A DNA stretch of 64,000 nt from Perna viridis (GCA_037379345.1 CM074523.1:29790995-29854994); one strand, 5' to 3'; counted from the stretch's first letter, positions 36,691-51,120 are shown. Translations and numbers: made by a program. Notes: generated by a model not told the origin, from the sequence alone.

Positions 36691-39070
36691 TAAAACCGCG
36701 ATTTTCACTAATTCTACGTACCCAAAAATTGTCTTCCCTCGCTTGATGATTGGCATTTATTTCTATTCACGCCCACTCTAACCTGAAATTCTGGATTCCC
36801 CTATGGAATGTACATGTATAACGGTCTAAACAACAGCTTGAAACTCACAGGGATACACGTAGGTTTGTAAAAACAGATTATTCGTCATTTATACCTAGAG
36901 GAAGACAGTTACTGGTAAATGAACTTCAGGCGCTTTAAATTCACTTCCGAATTAGATATTATAGAGTTAATCTAGCCGTCAATACCAGCCCACATGGAAG
37001 TTAGCGGTCAATAATGATGCTTTCAAAATTTGAATTAAGTTACTTATGTAATAAAAACGACATATAGGAATGAACATAAGTAGATTTTTTCTGAATTGTT
37101 TTGTCGCCAGTCGTACTACTGTATCAGGGAAGGTTTAGAAACTTTGAACAGGGGGATTCTAGATGGGTGCCTGTTTTTTTTTTTTTTTTTGGTTATTTCA
37201 CAAGTCTTTATATTATGAATTCGATTATATAAGACAATTACACAATCAACAAAAAAGAGCTCCAGTCATTTCCGAACCAAATTGGAAGTCGTTGGCTAGA
37301 ACCAATATCCATTAGTTCATCTTAGGACTGGGATGAGAGGTTAGGCCTAAAAGACTATCAATTCCGTAAACATATGGAATTACCATATCTTCCTCTGTTG
37401 TTGAGAAACTTCTTAAATGAGGCTACGCTTAAAACTTACGCCAAAGTCGGTTGCTAGAACCAAGGTCCGTTGAGAAAAAAGGGGGCCTTGAGTAATGTAT
37501 ATGTGTGGGTAAAAATTTACGTCTATAATGGTATTAGAAACTGCGTATTCAATTACACTGGATTTTTTTGTCATATATTTCATCATAAAATGTATTTAAT
37601 ATTAAACATCTACATATATGATGTTAAAATGAGGCAGGTGTAATATGTAAAAAGGAGAACTACAAAAAAATGTACCTAATTGATAATTGGGTGGCGTCCT
37701 TGGTCCTAGGCAACCTCGGACGACTTGTCTGCTAGCAACTTCGCAACTATGAAAAATGTGGTGTGCCAGTCGAGCAGATCACATTTTATGTTTGTTGAGT
37801 GAAGGCACTTGAACAGTCCAATCATGTTCAATATCAAACCGGTCCTTCTGTTGTATGCATCAATCCTAGATGAACCAATACTCAACAATAAATTATTTAG
37901 TACAAAATAACCCACATTGACGATAATTTTCAAATATTACGGTAAAAGTAGTTATCTATTGTCACCATTGATTTTGAACTTGATATACTTCTTTGCTATT
38001 AGGTTTATTTTGTGCATTATGAACATGAAATGCAACTGTAAAGTGTATTTAACGGTTAAAATTATTAATCCTAGTGATATTCACCATATCCATTTTTCTT
38101 ACATTTGTTTAACCTGGGAGCAAATCTCAATGGAAACCAATCCAAAACTCCAAAGTTTATTTAAAAGCACGTGTCTCATTACAAATCGTTTATTTCTCAG
38201 ATCAATATCACGTCCTTTATAATGTACAAATAGTTACAAACATTTCACATTGTTTAGAAAATAGTCGAGAATGACTTATTGCTTTCTTTTCAACAGGGAC
38301 ATGCTTTGGAATGAATGAAACGATTTATGGTAATGATTAATGTAGCACTAGACGGAAAAAGCTGTACAAATGTATAGATTTAATCATTATAAAACAATAA
38401 TTCAAAAAAATAAAAATTGCTAATTCATTCAACAACATGATGTCGTAAGCATGGTAAGAAAATGTCGCGATTAATTTATCGAAGCTTAGCCTAGTTTATA
38501 ATCCATTGGTAAATCCATGTTTCATGCATATTGAAAACATTTGATCAACCGAACATACTTCGTACATATAGTAGATAGAAACGTTGAGTCGTATTTTGAA
38601 TATACAATGTACCTGCAGCTCACAGAATCAACTGCCGAGAAAAAAAAATGAATGTCGCCACACTCAGACACATTAATCTGATTCTGAGCCATTGTGTGCC
38701 ACTCGTGACTGTACTCAATAACAGATACAATCATATCGTTGATATCTTAGTATGGTTATCTGCACTACTTACATGTAGTTAGGCCATTATCACTGAAACA
38801 CAGTCGTGCCTCAATAAAAGTACTATTCATATCCCGAATACATTATGTAAAAAGCAAACAACCCAGGGCATGGTTAGGCAAACATCACACCATTTATCTT
38901 TTCAGCAGGAAAGGGGTGGAATGAATACGGTACATACGTCATTATTCCGGATCCGGTCACGTATTATGCTGCTGCACATACATCATCTGGATTCGGAAAA
39001 TATACTATCGACAGAAAAAATGCATTAAAACATGTTGCAATCAATATTTCAAGCAGTAGGTAGGTAGAAA

Positions 39071-39240
39071 GGGGCGGATCCAGACATTTTGAAGGTGGGA
39101 CTAGAGGACTTAAAGAAAATGGTTCCAATCTATTATTTGCTCGTTGTTCCCAAAATTTTGCACGAAGGTGTTAACAATTTGTTCAGTAAACGGGGAAGAA
39201 GTTTTTCCGACCCCAAGACCCCAGTCTCCTGGTTCCGTCC
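39071..39240. mobile_element. GC-rich MITE (GGGGCGGATCCAG...CCTGGTTCCGTCC)
   Basis: Imperfect TIRs, same family as 9981-10108. Confidence 0.55.
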
Positions 39241-40529
39241 GGGATATGTAGGAAGAAGACAAAATGACAGGGTAAGTACTGATATTTGAACTCGTAGAAT
39301 AGATTTCAAACAAATACTACCTAATTATACGTTGACGGGAACGTTGAGGCCACACGACTGAGCAGAGAAAGAAATCACTCAAACACACAAAAACACGATA
39401 AACGAACGTTCATTCCTAGCGTGCGTTCAAACACACCATATACGAACGTTCCCACTTTAATTAGAAAGAAAAAAACTTGGTTTCAAGTCAATCCATGATA
39501 GTTTTTTAATATTCTGTATTATTTCAAAAATTCCGTACCTCTAAAGATATTTCTGTATTTTCTATAATGTGTTAACCTATCAAAAAACAAGAACACAATC
39601 AGGAAGAGATGTTTCATCGAGTTGGGTTTTTATTTATTTTCTTTATGAATATACACACGTAAGGATAGCTTTTAAATCATAAGTTATAAGTGTGTAATTG
39701 TCTTTCTTTAACTCTAAGTTCGAGTTGCTCATTTGCCTTGTTACTTTGTATGTATGATCTTAGTTACTTTATGTTCTTTGTTGTGTATGTCGATTTTCCA
39801 TGTCTGGTCTTTGTCCCTGGATTACATTCTTTTGATTACCGCTATAACCTCGGTTCCCTTGATTACTTTCGTATCCCTATTCAATTGACAGTATTCAAGG
39901 AAATGCACTGTAGACATTAAAGAAGGAGCATTTTTTTTATAATATACATGTAATTGTATTGTGCAAGAAGAGGAAGTGAAAAACTATGTTCAATATTTTC
40001 ATATTTCATTGATACATACATGTAGCTTTAACATGTATCAAATTGTTTGTATTTCTAAGTACTTTCTAAAACCATATTGCTTTTATTGGTCTATATCAAT
40101 AAAAAGCACATAAATGTTCATTAATATCTGGTAAAATACGACATCTGCTGGACTGGTGGGTAATTTAAGATCGACAGTCTTTTTTAACTTCACAGTAAAT
40201 AATCATCTCCGAATACACCAGAACAGTGTCGGTGTATTACGGTTATTATGCACATCACGGTGACTCTACGTGACCCGAACAATAAAGGAGTTCAAGCTAT
40301 AAAGTGTCATCCAGTGCTGTACCTGAAGCGTCAGTGTCGGTCTTTTTTTTCCATTCGTATCTGACGCTTCTTGTCGCCTCTTGTCGCTAATTGTAGTGAT
40401 GCCGCTATCAGCTTATGGATATATGCGTTACATCGGAGCGCCTTCCATGGCATCAATGAGCAAAAAAGATGGAATATAAATAAAAATATTGCAGTTTAAT
40501 CAAGGCAGAAGAAATACAATTAACATAGA

Positions 40530-40770
40530 ATTATTTTGTAATAATAAAACATTCTTGCATGCTAATTTAAAAAAAATCTTCTATTATAATGATAAAATCT
40601 TACATATTATTAAAAGATTCTTGCATATCAATAAGAAATTTGGCATCATGATAAAATATCTTCCATATTAAAGAAAAAATCTTGCACATTAACGAGAAAG
40701 TCTTGCATATTGAAGAAAACAAATTGAATATTTGTGATAAAATCTTGCATATTATTAAGAAAATATTTAA
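40530..40770. repeat. Degenerate ~21-bp AT-rich tandem repeat (AAAATCTTGCATATTATTAAG-like)
   Basis: Recurrent TCTTGCAT motif. Confidence 0.65.
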
Positions 40771-41716
40771 TAAAAATTGAAAACTGATGAATTTTGCATC
40801 ACATCTCTCTTAATTTGTTTTATATATAACAACATAGTTCTTCGTTTTCACGAAATCTACTTTTCTGTATGTAAACGAACACTTCAATCGTGCGTAGAAC
40901 TATCGAACCCAAGATATGTACAAACAATAAACGCTAAGCTTAAAAGGTAAACTTAAAGTCTCGTGGCGTGTACCACTTTGAATGATCTAAAGTTGTCTAT
41001 ATAAAATTCATAAGACCCATATTAACAGATTAAGCGAATAATTAATCATAATTTAAGTTAGATAACATTCGATATTAATCAATATTTAGTGATCAGTCGA
41101 GTTTTATGAAAAATATTAGTGTCGTTTCCATGAAAAATAACCAGACGTGAGAAATCAATATATTTTGCTATATGTAGTCTTTCAAGAAAGGGAACAGAGT
41201 GAGCTTTTTTAAATGGAAAATAAGCAACATTCTGCTTCTATAAACAACTTGTGCTCTGCTATTTAAATTTCAGACACTGCCAATGGTAAAGTGTTTCATG
41301 ATGAAGAAAAACCCACCAAATAAACGATACCTTTTCAGTTTACATATGATATATATTCACATAACAATAATAATTTCTGCATTCAAATCTGGACTTTTTG
41401 AAAATCATACATTCATATCCCACTAAAATCGACCAAATGTAGCCAAATAAAGAACGGTAACTCTCGCAATGTGCAAATTCCATATACAATCTATATAATG
41501 TTTTTTTTTTTTGTCAAAAGCGCAATAACCAAATGAAATACTAAGTCTGGTTACGTGATCAGTAACTGTCTCTGAACAAGATATAAAACTGAATTCTGTG
41601 GGTTTTTGACATGCACGAATCACCTTCTGTCTGTTTTTAGAATGACTGCCACTTAATACGTTACATTGTACTTTTGTGAATTGCACATTAGAATTTTAGA
41701 TTTATTTTTTTTTCAG

Positions 41717-41949
41717 CTTCATCAATGACCCACTAGTTTGGATAGGAGCTATCAAACCTGATCACGATGAGTTACTCTACTATTCGGACCGTTGTGAACC
41801 AGTTACCGTGAACAATCTGAAACTTCATCCAACCTCCGGCAGTAGAGGATGTGTAGCTTTGAATATAACTAATGTAGCACAAAAAGTACCCATGGAGTTT
41901 TCGTACGACGATTGTATGAACCTGCATCCATATATTACATACAGCCTAG
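41717..41949 (+). CDS. Exon: C-terminal half of a C-type-lectin-like domain
   Basis: Acceptor TTTTTTTCAG, 77 open codons FINDPLVWIGAIKP...GCVALN...FSYDDCMNLHPYI, donor AG|GTACAT, phase 2 to phase 1. Missed by the ORF track. Confidence 0.75.
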
Positions 41950-42437
41950 GTACATGTAAGAGTATTATTCTGCACGATGTTTGAAAATTAGAGATAAAAG
42001 TATGCTGTCCGTCTGTCCGTTTTACATAAATCATTTTAGACGTTCGTTGATATAATGGATTTGCTGAACGCATAAAAGGGACCCTTTGGTACATACATGT
42101 ACGTACTTCTCAGAAAGATATAAAAATTATTTGTCAAAGGTTTACGGTCAAGATCCGTCAGTTTGTTATGGCCATTGAGAGTCATCATTTACGTTGTGTT
42201 CTCACCATCAATGGAAAAATGCGATCATTTAAATGAACTTACAAGTGTGTTTCGAATTTGATCCATTTTGTCTACTTTTTTGAATGCATATCTTTGCAGT
42301 TTTGTTGTTGTTTTTGTTCTGAGTTGCTAAACATCGTACTTGAACTCTTGAAGAATCATAAATAATAGGTATTGATAAATTTATTCAGCATTAAACAGTA
42401 TGATCAAGTCAAACTTGAACTTAATTATTTCTCATAG

Positions 42438-42716
42438 AAAATGGTAATTTTCCCGAACAAAGACGACAAAATGTATCATTGGAAACAGTGTACGGGGTAA
42501 ATGCAGTTTTTCAGCAGGACGCAACAACAGCAAACATATGCCATAGAAAATGCAGATATGACATGCAGTGTGTTGCCTCCATTTTTGACATTGAAATCAA
42601 CTATTGCCATAATTATAAAAGTAGAAGTCATGAAGATATTGGATTTAAGCAAGAGTTTGTGCTAACAAACAATTCATCGGTGTTTACGGAATTCGCCTGG
42701 AAGTCTTGGCAAAGAG
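42438..42716 (+). CDS. Exon: PAN/apple-like domain
   Basis: Symmetrical phase 1-1 exon with C-x3-C-x5-C-x10-C spacing. Confidence 0.75.
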
Positions 42717-43239
42717 GTAAATCTTGAATGTAGGATTTAATTTGTATACAGTATAATATGTATTTGGCAACCAATATGAAAAATGAAAGAAGTTATGAGA
42801 TAAACCTCGAGCAAAAAATCACATTATGTGAGGTACAATATATTGCATGGAGGGGACGATGGCAATGATATAGAAACCTGGAGAAATCTTAATTTGTACT
42901 TTTTAATTTAATTCTATATCATTAATGCCTAGCTGATGGATCCAGAAGAGGGATGAGTCAGACAGTTTAAACCCCTTTTGGATTTTTCAACTTTCGTGCA
43001 AACTTTGGGCAAATATGAGCACATACCTGTAATAGCATAGGAATCCTACTTTTCTGCAACCACTTTTCAAAATCTCCCGATCGACGCCTCCCCCCTCCCA
43101 CACACACACACCTTTGGCGCTGACCAGCTTCTAAAAATATATTTAATTTCAACTTGTTTTTTTTTTTTTTTTGTATTTTAAAGTTTTTATTGGCGTCGAG
43201 TCATTCTCTGGTCAGGACAGAACCCTGGACGACCGTTTT

Positions 43240-43745
43240 TTTACGTGTGAGTACTACATTAACCCAACATGTGTTTGTTTTTAAGTCCGAGTATTGTACA
43301 CTATTGACCCAACACGTGTTTGTTGAGTACGTGTGAGTACTGTATTAACCCAACTTATGTTTCTTTTAAACGCGTGCACCTGAGTACTGTATTAATCCAA
43401 AATGTGCCTGTTTTATATGTGTGAGTACTGTATCAACCCAACGTGTGTGTGTTTTATACGTATGGTATGTATTAACCCATCATATGTTTGTTTTATACGT
43501 GTGAGTATTGTACAATATTTACCCAATATTTGTGTTTGTTTTATACGCGTGAATACTGTATTGACCCACCATGCGTTTGTTTTATGCATGTGAGTACTGT
43601 AATAATCAAACGTGTTTGTTTCATAACTGAGTACTCAGTGTATTTACTAAACATATGTTAAGTTTATACGCTTGAGTTCTGTATTAACCCAGAATTTATT
43701 TTTGTTGTACGTGTGAGTACTGTATTAATCTAATATGTGCTTATT
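43240..43745. repeat. Degenerate ~41-bp intronic minisatellite
   Basis: About 12 units resembling GTGAGTACTGTATTAACCCAACATGTGTTTGTTTTATACGT. Confidence 0.85.
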
Positions 43746-44566
43746 TAATAGGACTTTTTTTCACATTTTTATTAAAGAAAGGAGGAAGCTATTTTTCTGG
43801 TATGTAACTTTTTCACATACAAAGCAGAAACAGGATTTTCGAATTTCTATAATGTAAATGTAATGTAAATTGTTAGCGAGTATTTTTACATTAAACCCCA
43901 TGTGCTTTGAACATGTACATATATTACGATTTTCAGGCAATATCAGATTTATTTTTATGTCGTTTTGCAACTTTGAGGAAATTACACAAATTCAGTATAG
44001 CCAAATATGCCGGACAAATTGTTTGGTCCAGTATTGTATTTCTACGGAACGCCCAATCGTAAAAAAAACGAGAGAATTAAAACAAAATCGGATAGAATTT
44101 GGATAACGCAGGGTTTATACGATGTTTGTATCTCAAATAAGGATATAGTAAATAACCTTGGTCACAGGCCTGGTCATGCTACCAGGCATAATCAAACACC
44201 TGAAAATAGGCGGGCTGTGTAGGTAAGCCCATTGTGTGCTGGTAGTTGTACATATATATCATATATACATTAATTGGTATCTTTTTAATAGGTAGTGTTG
44301 TCAAACAAAGTTTGGGTGAGTAAAATGCAATGCTTGTTTTTTTTCTGCTTAAAGAAGTATTATTTTACTCTTGAATATTTCAAGTTCAAATGCATACACA
44401 ATAACATAAAAATTGTACTAAGAAATATTTATTTATAACTTACTGGAATTATCATAGCAGGTTTGGCTATCTTTATTTTGATTGATTGATTGATTGATTA
44501 ATTGACAATCTTAATTTATTAGTTTTTGGGACTTCTTTTTGACTCTACCTTGATTTTTCGTTTTAG

Positions 44567-44862
44567 TAGATGAGTTCACTACTTCCCAACCTAACTGCGA
44601 TTGCGTACAAGTGTGTACAACCAAAAACTCAACTGTAATGACACCAGACCAAGTGAAGAAAGTTCAAGATGAAGTTAAAAGGGAACTAAAAATAGACAAA
44701 ACAGAATTATCGACTGCTAAAAGGAAGCTGATTTCTGCCGAGGACGCACGCGCGTCTTCGCAGGCCATTGGTTGGCTTGGCGGTTTGATCCTTGGGCTAA
44801 TTGTAGCCCCCATTATAGCAGCAGACGTTCATTCCTTGTTCCATTTTGTAAAGATGGGGTGA
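44567..44862 (+). CDS. Terminal exon: Cys motif, helical stalk and transmembrane helix (bivalve-type C-terminal module)
   Basis: NAGNAG acceptor TTTTAGTAG, open frame to TGA, hydrophobic IGWLGGLILGLIVAPIIAA. Confidence 0.75.
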
Positions 44863-45428
44863 TTAAATTTGAACTATATCAAGGCAAATTGTATCACATC
44901 AAATGATGTTTTCTTAAAATATTCAATCATCAAAGGATGCATACATTGTCTATATGAAAACGTTCGATTATTCAGCCTAACACGCAGACCATGTATAATG
45001 TTTTCTATTATTTTTACTAGGAATACTTTTTATGACTGAAAGTGTTGTGAAAGATGTATATTTGTAATAACTTAAACTCGCATGTACAATTAATATCCCA
45101 AATATACACTGTATCAGAACTTCATAAGTATAATTACAATTCATTGCGAGACTACACGTATAAAAGTTAGTGTGTGTCGTTAATTTCAGTTTTGTTTAAC
45201 CTTTTTGTCAAGTTTTATTGTTTAATTGCTTTAAACATTGTATATGACTGCAAAAAATGCAGTCATATAAATTGTTTTGCCGATGTTCGTCGTCATCAAT
45301 AGACACGTTAATTCCGCTGATGATTAACTTGTAACATTTTTTGGGAGGAATGACGTTGCGGTCCAATCCGTTTTGTTATAGCCTCAATTGACCAACAGCA
45401 TTTCATAAAACTGTACAAATCGCGCATG

Positions 45429-45708
45429 TACGGTGGCAGAATGCGGCCATGAAAAAAAAATGTTATGTTGTTCCCTCAAGAAAGTATGTAGTTCGAACAA
45501 GATAAGTTTCTCGTTCCCTCACGAAAATATGTTGTCCCCTCAAGATACTACTTCGTTCCCACAAGATACATATATCGTTCCCTCAAGATAATATGTGGTT
45601 CCCACAAGATAATATGTGGTTCCCACAAGATAAATATCTCGTTCCCACAACATAATTATAATTCCGTACAGACAACTCTCATTCTGCATTTGGGAACTAA
45701 AGAGTCAA
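45429..45708 (+). mobile_element. MITE with TACGG/CCGTA ends and internal CGTTCCCACAAGATA repeats (copy 1)
   Basis: A closely similar inverted copy lies at 63526-63785. Confidence 0.8.
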
Positions 45709-47316
45709 ATAGGGTTAAACAATGTACAATGTTTTATTTTACTGTTGGAAGAGACTAATGGAGTGATGAATTACTTTGTAAAAGAAGATGAGACGTATTC
45801 TTGTTCGTCGTAATTGTTAAGCTAGCTAATTTAGTTGTTCCAGCATGTCAATTACGGAGCTAGTGTTGTGGTATTTGTTGCAGCTATAGCATGCTGCTCT
45901 ACGTTGTTACCATACTATTTCAAACTGTTGTGTTTGTGATTTGTTGTTGCTGCCGTATTCTAGTTTTGGCCTATGAGTCAACTTTTAGGTTACGTTTGAA
46001 AGTTTAGTTGTGTTGAGGCTGCTGGTGTTATGTAGTCTATGTGTTTGTTCCATTTGATGTTGTCCAAGATATTGTGTAGCGATTACTTCTTGTAGTACAT
46101 GTTGTGTACATGTAGTTATGCTGTATTGGATTTTTCTTCGTTGTTGCATGGAGAACTGATCACTTGTCAGGATGGAAGGACATGAGCCAGTCCTCCTCCC
46201 ATTCAACTGCAGCTGATAGATCTTCTTGGAGCTGTTCAGCATCTGTGTATTTTTGATAGTTTTAGATATGATGCTGTCATCTGCAAAAAGCCGTTAGATA
46301 ATATGTTTGATGTAGTCATTAAAGTCATTGATGCATACAAGGAACAGTATAGGACCCACTACTTTCCATGTAATACACCGGATGTGGCATGAATTGTTTC
46401 TGAAGTCTCATCTTCAACAAAGACTGTCTGTGTTCTTAGTGAAAGGAAATCGTCAATCCACTTTAAGATGTAATAATCTATGCCATAGTGACTGAGGTTA
46501 TAAAGGAGTCTTTTGTACGGGACCTTGTCAAAGCCTTTGGCAAAGTCCACCACAATTACATCCGTCTGAATGTTGCTATTGTTATTTTGAGCAAATACTT
46601 GAATAAATGAAACTAACTGGGTTTTGCAGGATCTTGAATGGTGAAATTCATGCAAAAGGCCGTGTAAGATGTTGTTACACTCAAGCTGTTCCATTACGCT
46701 ACTTGCAATGATATGCCCCTTGATTTTGCAGAGAATGCATTCGAGTGATATTGGTCTATAGTTTATTACGTTGTGTTTTTCTCCTCTTTTGAAGACTGGG
46801 CGAACATTTGCAAGTTACTACAATCTATTGGTATTCTACCGGTGTCAGTGTTTTTTTTTGTTTTTTTTTGTTTTTTTTTTTTGCATGTAATGATGCATAT
46901 TGCCACACAGTTCTTTTAGTCCCTGTCCACATATCAGATCCGATCAGTGGCTTTGTGTGGATTTATTTGTTGTAGGGTTTAATTGCACCTTATTTTGTGA
47001 TGTTGATTTTTCCATTAGTGGATGAGTTGATTTGCCTTTATATGGTAGTGGTTTATCAGTAGTTTCAGTTGGGAATGCTTTTTCGAATTGGCAGTTGAAG
47101 ATGTTTGCTTTTTCAAATAAATTTTCTTTTTTTTAACAACAAATAATATTCTTTATTATCAATAAAGCTTGTTACAGTTTACGTCAGAAGTCCAAGCACC
47201 TTCTGACGCTCCCTGTTCATAATCACTAGTTACCCAGGGTAGTAAAAAGTGTCAAAATAAAATATTTCAAACATAAATTTACTAATACATAAATACATTC
47301 AACTTAACATACAATA

Positions 47317-50300
47317 TCACTTCTGATAGTTGTTTGATACATAATTTTTGATGAATATTAATTTTGAATTACTATTAACTGAGTTAATTGTAGTCTTCAA
47401 TTCTTTAACAAAGATATCAAAAGTATTAACATGTTTGGTTCTATGTTCAGATACATAGTATGCTTTATAAATAGAAAAACCTATTATAGTTAATAAGAGA
47501 TTTAACCAAAAATATGTTTCTTCAAATATTTTATATCCCAAAACAAGATGTTTTAAAGTTATCTCAAAATTCATATTACATACACGAAGAATTTCTTGTA
47601 TTTTTGTCCAAAAATTATCTAAGCACGAACAGGATATAAAGTAGTGAAGATAATCTTCGTCTTCATTACAGAAATTGCACTGAATATTTTGAGTTATTTT
47701 CCACTTACATAATAGTTTTCTGTTAGGAATTATGAATTGTAGAAGTTTCCATCGAAACATCTTCAATTTGTTTTCTTGTAAATAACCAAAAATAAAATTA
47801 TAAATGTTTGGCATAAAAAACACGTCTTTTATATCAAAAATTCTTAACCAATTGCTTACTCTCCAATAGAGGATTCAAATTTTTAACTATAAATGATTCA
47901 TACAATATCTTGTTCGAAATATTTTTTTACATTTATATCTATATTTTTCCAACAAATTTGAAATCTTTTTAAAATGAACCACACTCTTTACAGAATTTTC
48001 TGATGATAAAGATTGTTTCCATTCGAAAGGTATGGCTTTTTTCAAAGTTTGAATTTCTGCTATCCAGTTCGATTTGTTTTTCAATTTACTTAAAATGATT
48101 TCTTGAGATATGCATCCATTTGCATCTATTATGTCATTTATATAAATTATATTACTTTTAATCCAATTATAAAAAAAAAATACAGGTTTATTGTCAAATT
48201 TAATATATTTATTATTCCATAATATTTGTTTTCTTATTTCTGTGAATGTAGTAGGTTTTTCTTGATTGCCCCCACCTGATACATTCCAACTTTTTAATAC
48301 TTCTTCGTAAAAACCAGGTATATCTTTAAAATATTTATGTTTTATACTATTATCATTATTCGTCATAAAAATTAACCAATTTGTACCAATACCATTAAAA
48401 TATTTATGAGGAATAACCTTCCAATTTACAATTTCTCCGATAGCTAATCTTTGCACCCACGCGGCTTTCAATGAACAAAAATAAGTCCTTATGTCTACCA
48501 TTCGCAATCCCCCTACTTCATATCTACCAATAATTGTATTTCGTTTTACTTTATCTGGTTTATTATCCCATATAAATTTAAAACATCTACTTTCTATTTC
48601 TTTAATGTACACTTCTGGTACGATACAAGTGGACCCTATGTATGTAAAAATTGGCAAGACAAGTCTTTTTGTTATTAAAATTTTTCCTAAAATTGTTAGG
48701 TTTCTCTTTTTTTCATGTATCAAAAAGTCTATTCATCTTATTTATTTTCCCAATTTAATTTTTCACATTCTTCCCTACAATAGCCAAAATATACCCCCAG
48801 AGCTTTTACTGGATTTATAGTCCAACTAATTCCTGCAACTTTATCTTTACAAGATTTTAACTTCCCTACCCATATTCCCTCCGTCTTGTTTCGATTTAAT
48901 TTTAACCCAGAAAAAGACACAAAAATTTCAATTTCGTTCATAGCAAATTCTACTTCTTGCTTTGAGCTACATAACAGAGTAGTATCGTCTGCTAACTGAG
49001 AAATTTTTATACTATGATTTCTTTGGTCTAATTTGATATTGATACCTTTGATGTCATTATTACTTCGTATTCGTGATGCCATTGTTTCTACAGATAATAC
49101 AAATAAAAGAGCAGATAAAGGACATCCTTGGCGTATTCCCATTGTGTTTTTTTAAATATTTCAGAAATCCATCCATTATTAGTGACACAAGTTTGAATAC
49201 CATTATACAACGTTTTAACCCACGATATAAATGAATCATTAAAACCAATATGTTTAAGAACAGTTAACATAAAGTTCCATTCTAGGGAATCAAACGCTTT
49301 TGAAAAATCAACAAATACAAGTGCCCCTTCTATTTTATATAACTCTGTGTAGTCGATAATATCTTGTATTTGCCGCAGGTTGAAACCAATAAAACGATTT
49401 TTAACATAACCAGTCTGATCTTCATTAATGATATCAGTTAAAATTTGTTTTAACCTATGAGCCAGAATATATGACAGAAGTTTCAAATCCACGTTTAAGA
49501 GCGAAATTGGGCAATAATTATCCAAAGACAAAGGATCTCCCTTTTTAAATAAAAGTGTTAATACACTTGTACGTTGTGAATATGTGAGGTTTTGGTTTCT
49601 ATAGCCAGTATTTAAAACCGAAACTATAATATTTTTCAATTTCCCCCAAAATTTTCTGTAAAATTCGACAGTTAGTCCGTCTAAACCAGGTGACCTATTA
49701 AGCTTCATTTTAAAAATAGCGTTAGTACATTCGTCTAATGTTATTTCTCCGTCACAATTAGATTTGTCAAATTGCCTATTTTAGGATCAAGATTAGTATT
49801 AAATATGTTACTGGTCACTAAGTATTTTGTCTGGATAAGAAGATGAATATAAATTTTCATAATAATTTTTAATATTTGTTAGCAACTCCCCCTGATCTGT
49901 TAGAATGTTTCCATCCCCGGACGTTAATTTGTTAATTGATTTCTTAACTTGTCTCTGTTTTTCTAAACCAAAAAAATACGAATTATTTTTTTCACCAAGT
50001 TCAATCCATTTTTCCCTAGATCTGATTTGTGCCCCTTTTGCCTTTTCATCGTAAATTTTACCAATTCCAATTTCAAGATTATTAATTTCCTTATCTGTAA
50101 TATCTGAATCTACGTCTTGTTCATCCCTTACCTTCAACTTATGTTCCAATTTTTTCTCAAGAAGTTTCATATTTTCCCTAGTTGTTTTTGTTTTATTTCT
50201 GCAATATTCAACAGTTATCTCCCTTACCTCAATTTTGAAAACATCCCATGCCAATTGTATGTCATTAGTATTTTGTTTATCTTTAAAACACTTATCAATT

Positions 50301-51120
50301 AATAGATTAATCGTATTTACATAAACATCATCATTTAAAACCGATTTATTTATCTTCCAATAACCCCTCCCTTTTTCTGAGATACCGGTCTTAAACTTTA
50401 AAAATATGCTCTGATGATCTGTATAATTAATGACAGCTGGCTTAATTTTACAACATTCTACATACGGGATAAAATCTTTTCCGATCAATATCATATCTAT
50501 GCGACTCGCTTGAGACTTATCCTTTCTCTGTCAAGTAAATTGTTGTTTATTTTCATTTAAAAGTCTCCAGATATCAGTTAACTTATTTTCTTTTATTAAA
50601 ACTTTAAGACTGTTAACTGGTTGGTTATTTTGTGTCCCTACTCTAGTACTTTTCCTATCAATACTTTTGAAATTATCGTTAAAATCACCCCCCAATATAG
50701 GAATTCCAATCCCATGTTCTTAAGCATACTATTTACTTTTTTAAAAAATGCATTTCTACTAGTTTTACAATTAGGCGCATATAAACATAATAAAGAGAAT
50801 ATACAATTATCTATTTCAATATTAATCAAAATGATCCTACCTTCCTCATCTGAAAATGTATCAATAATTTTATGATTTAATGATTTTTTAATTACTATTG
50901 CAACACCACACCTGTTTGTTGTTGCATTATTGCAATAAACTTAAAATTCGTCGTATTTCAACATTTCTTTTTCAATATTAATATCAAAATGTGTTTCCTG
51001 TAAAAAGCAAATCGAATACTTATGTGATTTAATCCATTCAAAAACTCTATTCCGTTTATTTCTACATTTCAAACCGTTTACATTTAAAGTATTTAGATTT
51101 AATACATTTTCAGATCCCAT
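47317..51120 (-). pseudogene. Tx1 ORF2 (APE endonuclease, RT, C-terminal zinc finger), multiple frameshifts
   Basis: MGSENVLNLNTLNVNG...FLQETH, YAPN, TDH, GYWKIN, SPGLDGL, PISLLNVDLK, DFSKAFDS, GIRQGCPLS, QLADD and CNFC...HYFISC. Confidence 0.92.

Larger units (their letters stand above)
31632..44862 (+). pseudogene. Multi-exon type I membrane protein gene (signal peptide, C-type-lectin-like, PAN/apple, lectin-like, TM anchor), probably disrupted
   Basis: Exons: 31632-31674 (MTEQMLFVLFVFSM, phase 1, GTAAGT); 41274-~41320 (DTANGKVFHDEEK, then stop); 41717-41949 (VWIG...CVAL...FSYDDC); 42438-42716 (ICHRKCRYDMQCVAS...YCHNY); 43937-44222 (frame-broken, RIWIT...RRAV); 44567-44862 (CDCVQVC...LKIDKTELSTAKRKLISAEDARASSQAIG plus TM). 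GT-AG sites and phases are compatible except in exons 2 and 5. Confidence 0.65.

Noticed and set aside
39265-39277. ATGACAGG|GTAAGT as the first coding exon of the receptor gene
   Set aside because: It is phase 2 and encodes no signal peptide, so it is incompatible with the phase-1 acceptor at 41274. The 31632 exon fits better.
43154-43593. Short Cys/Val-rich ORFs as exons of the receptor gene
   Set aside because: They are translations of the 41-bp intronic minisatellite.
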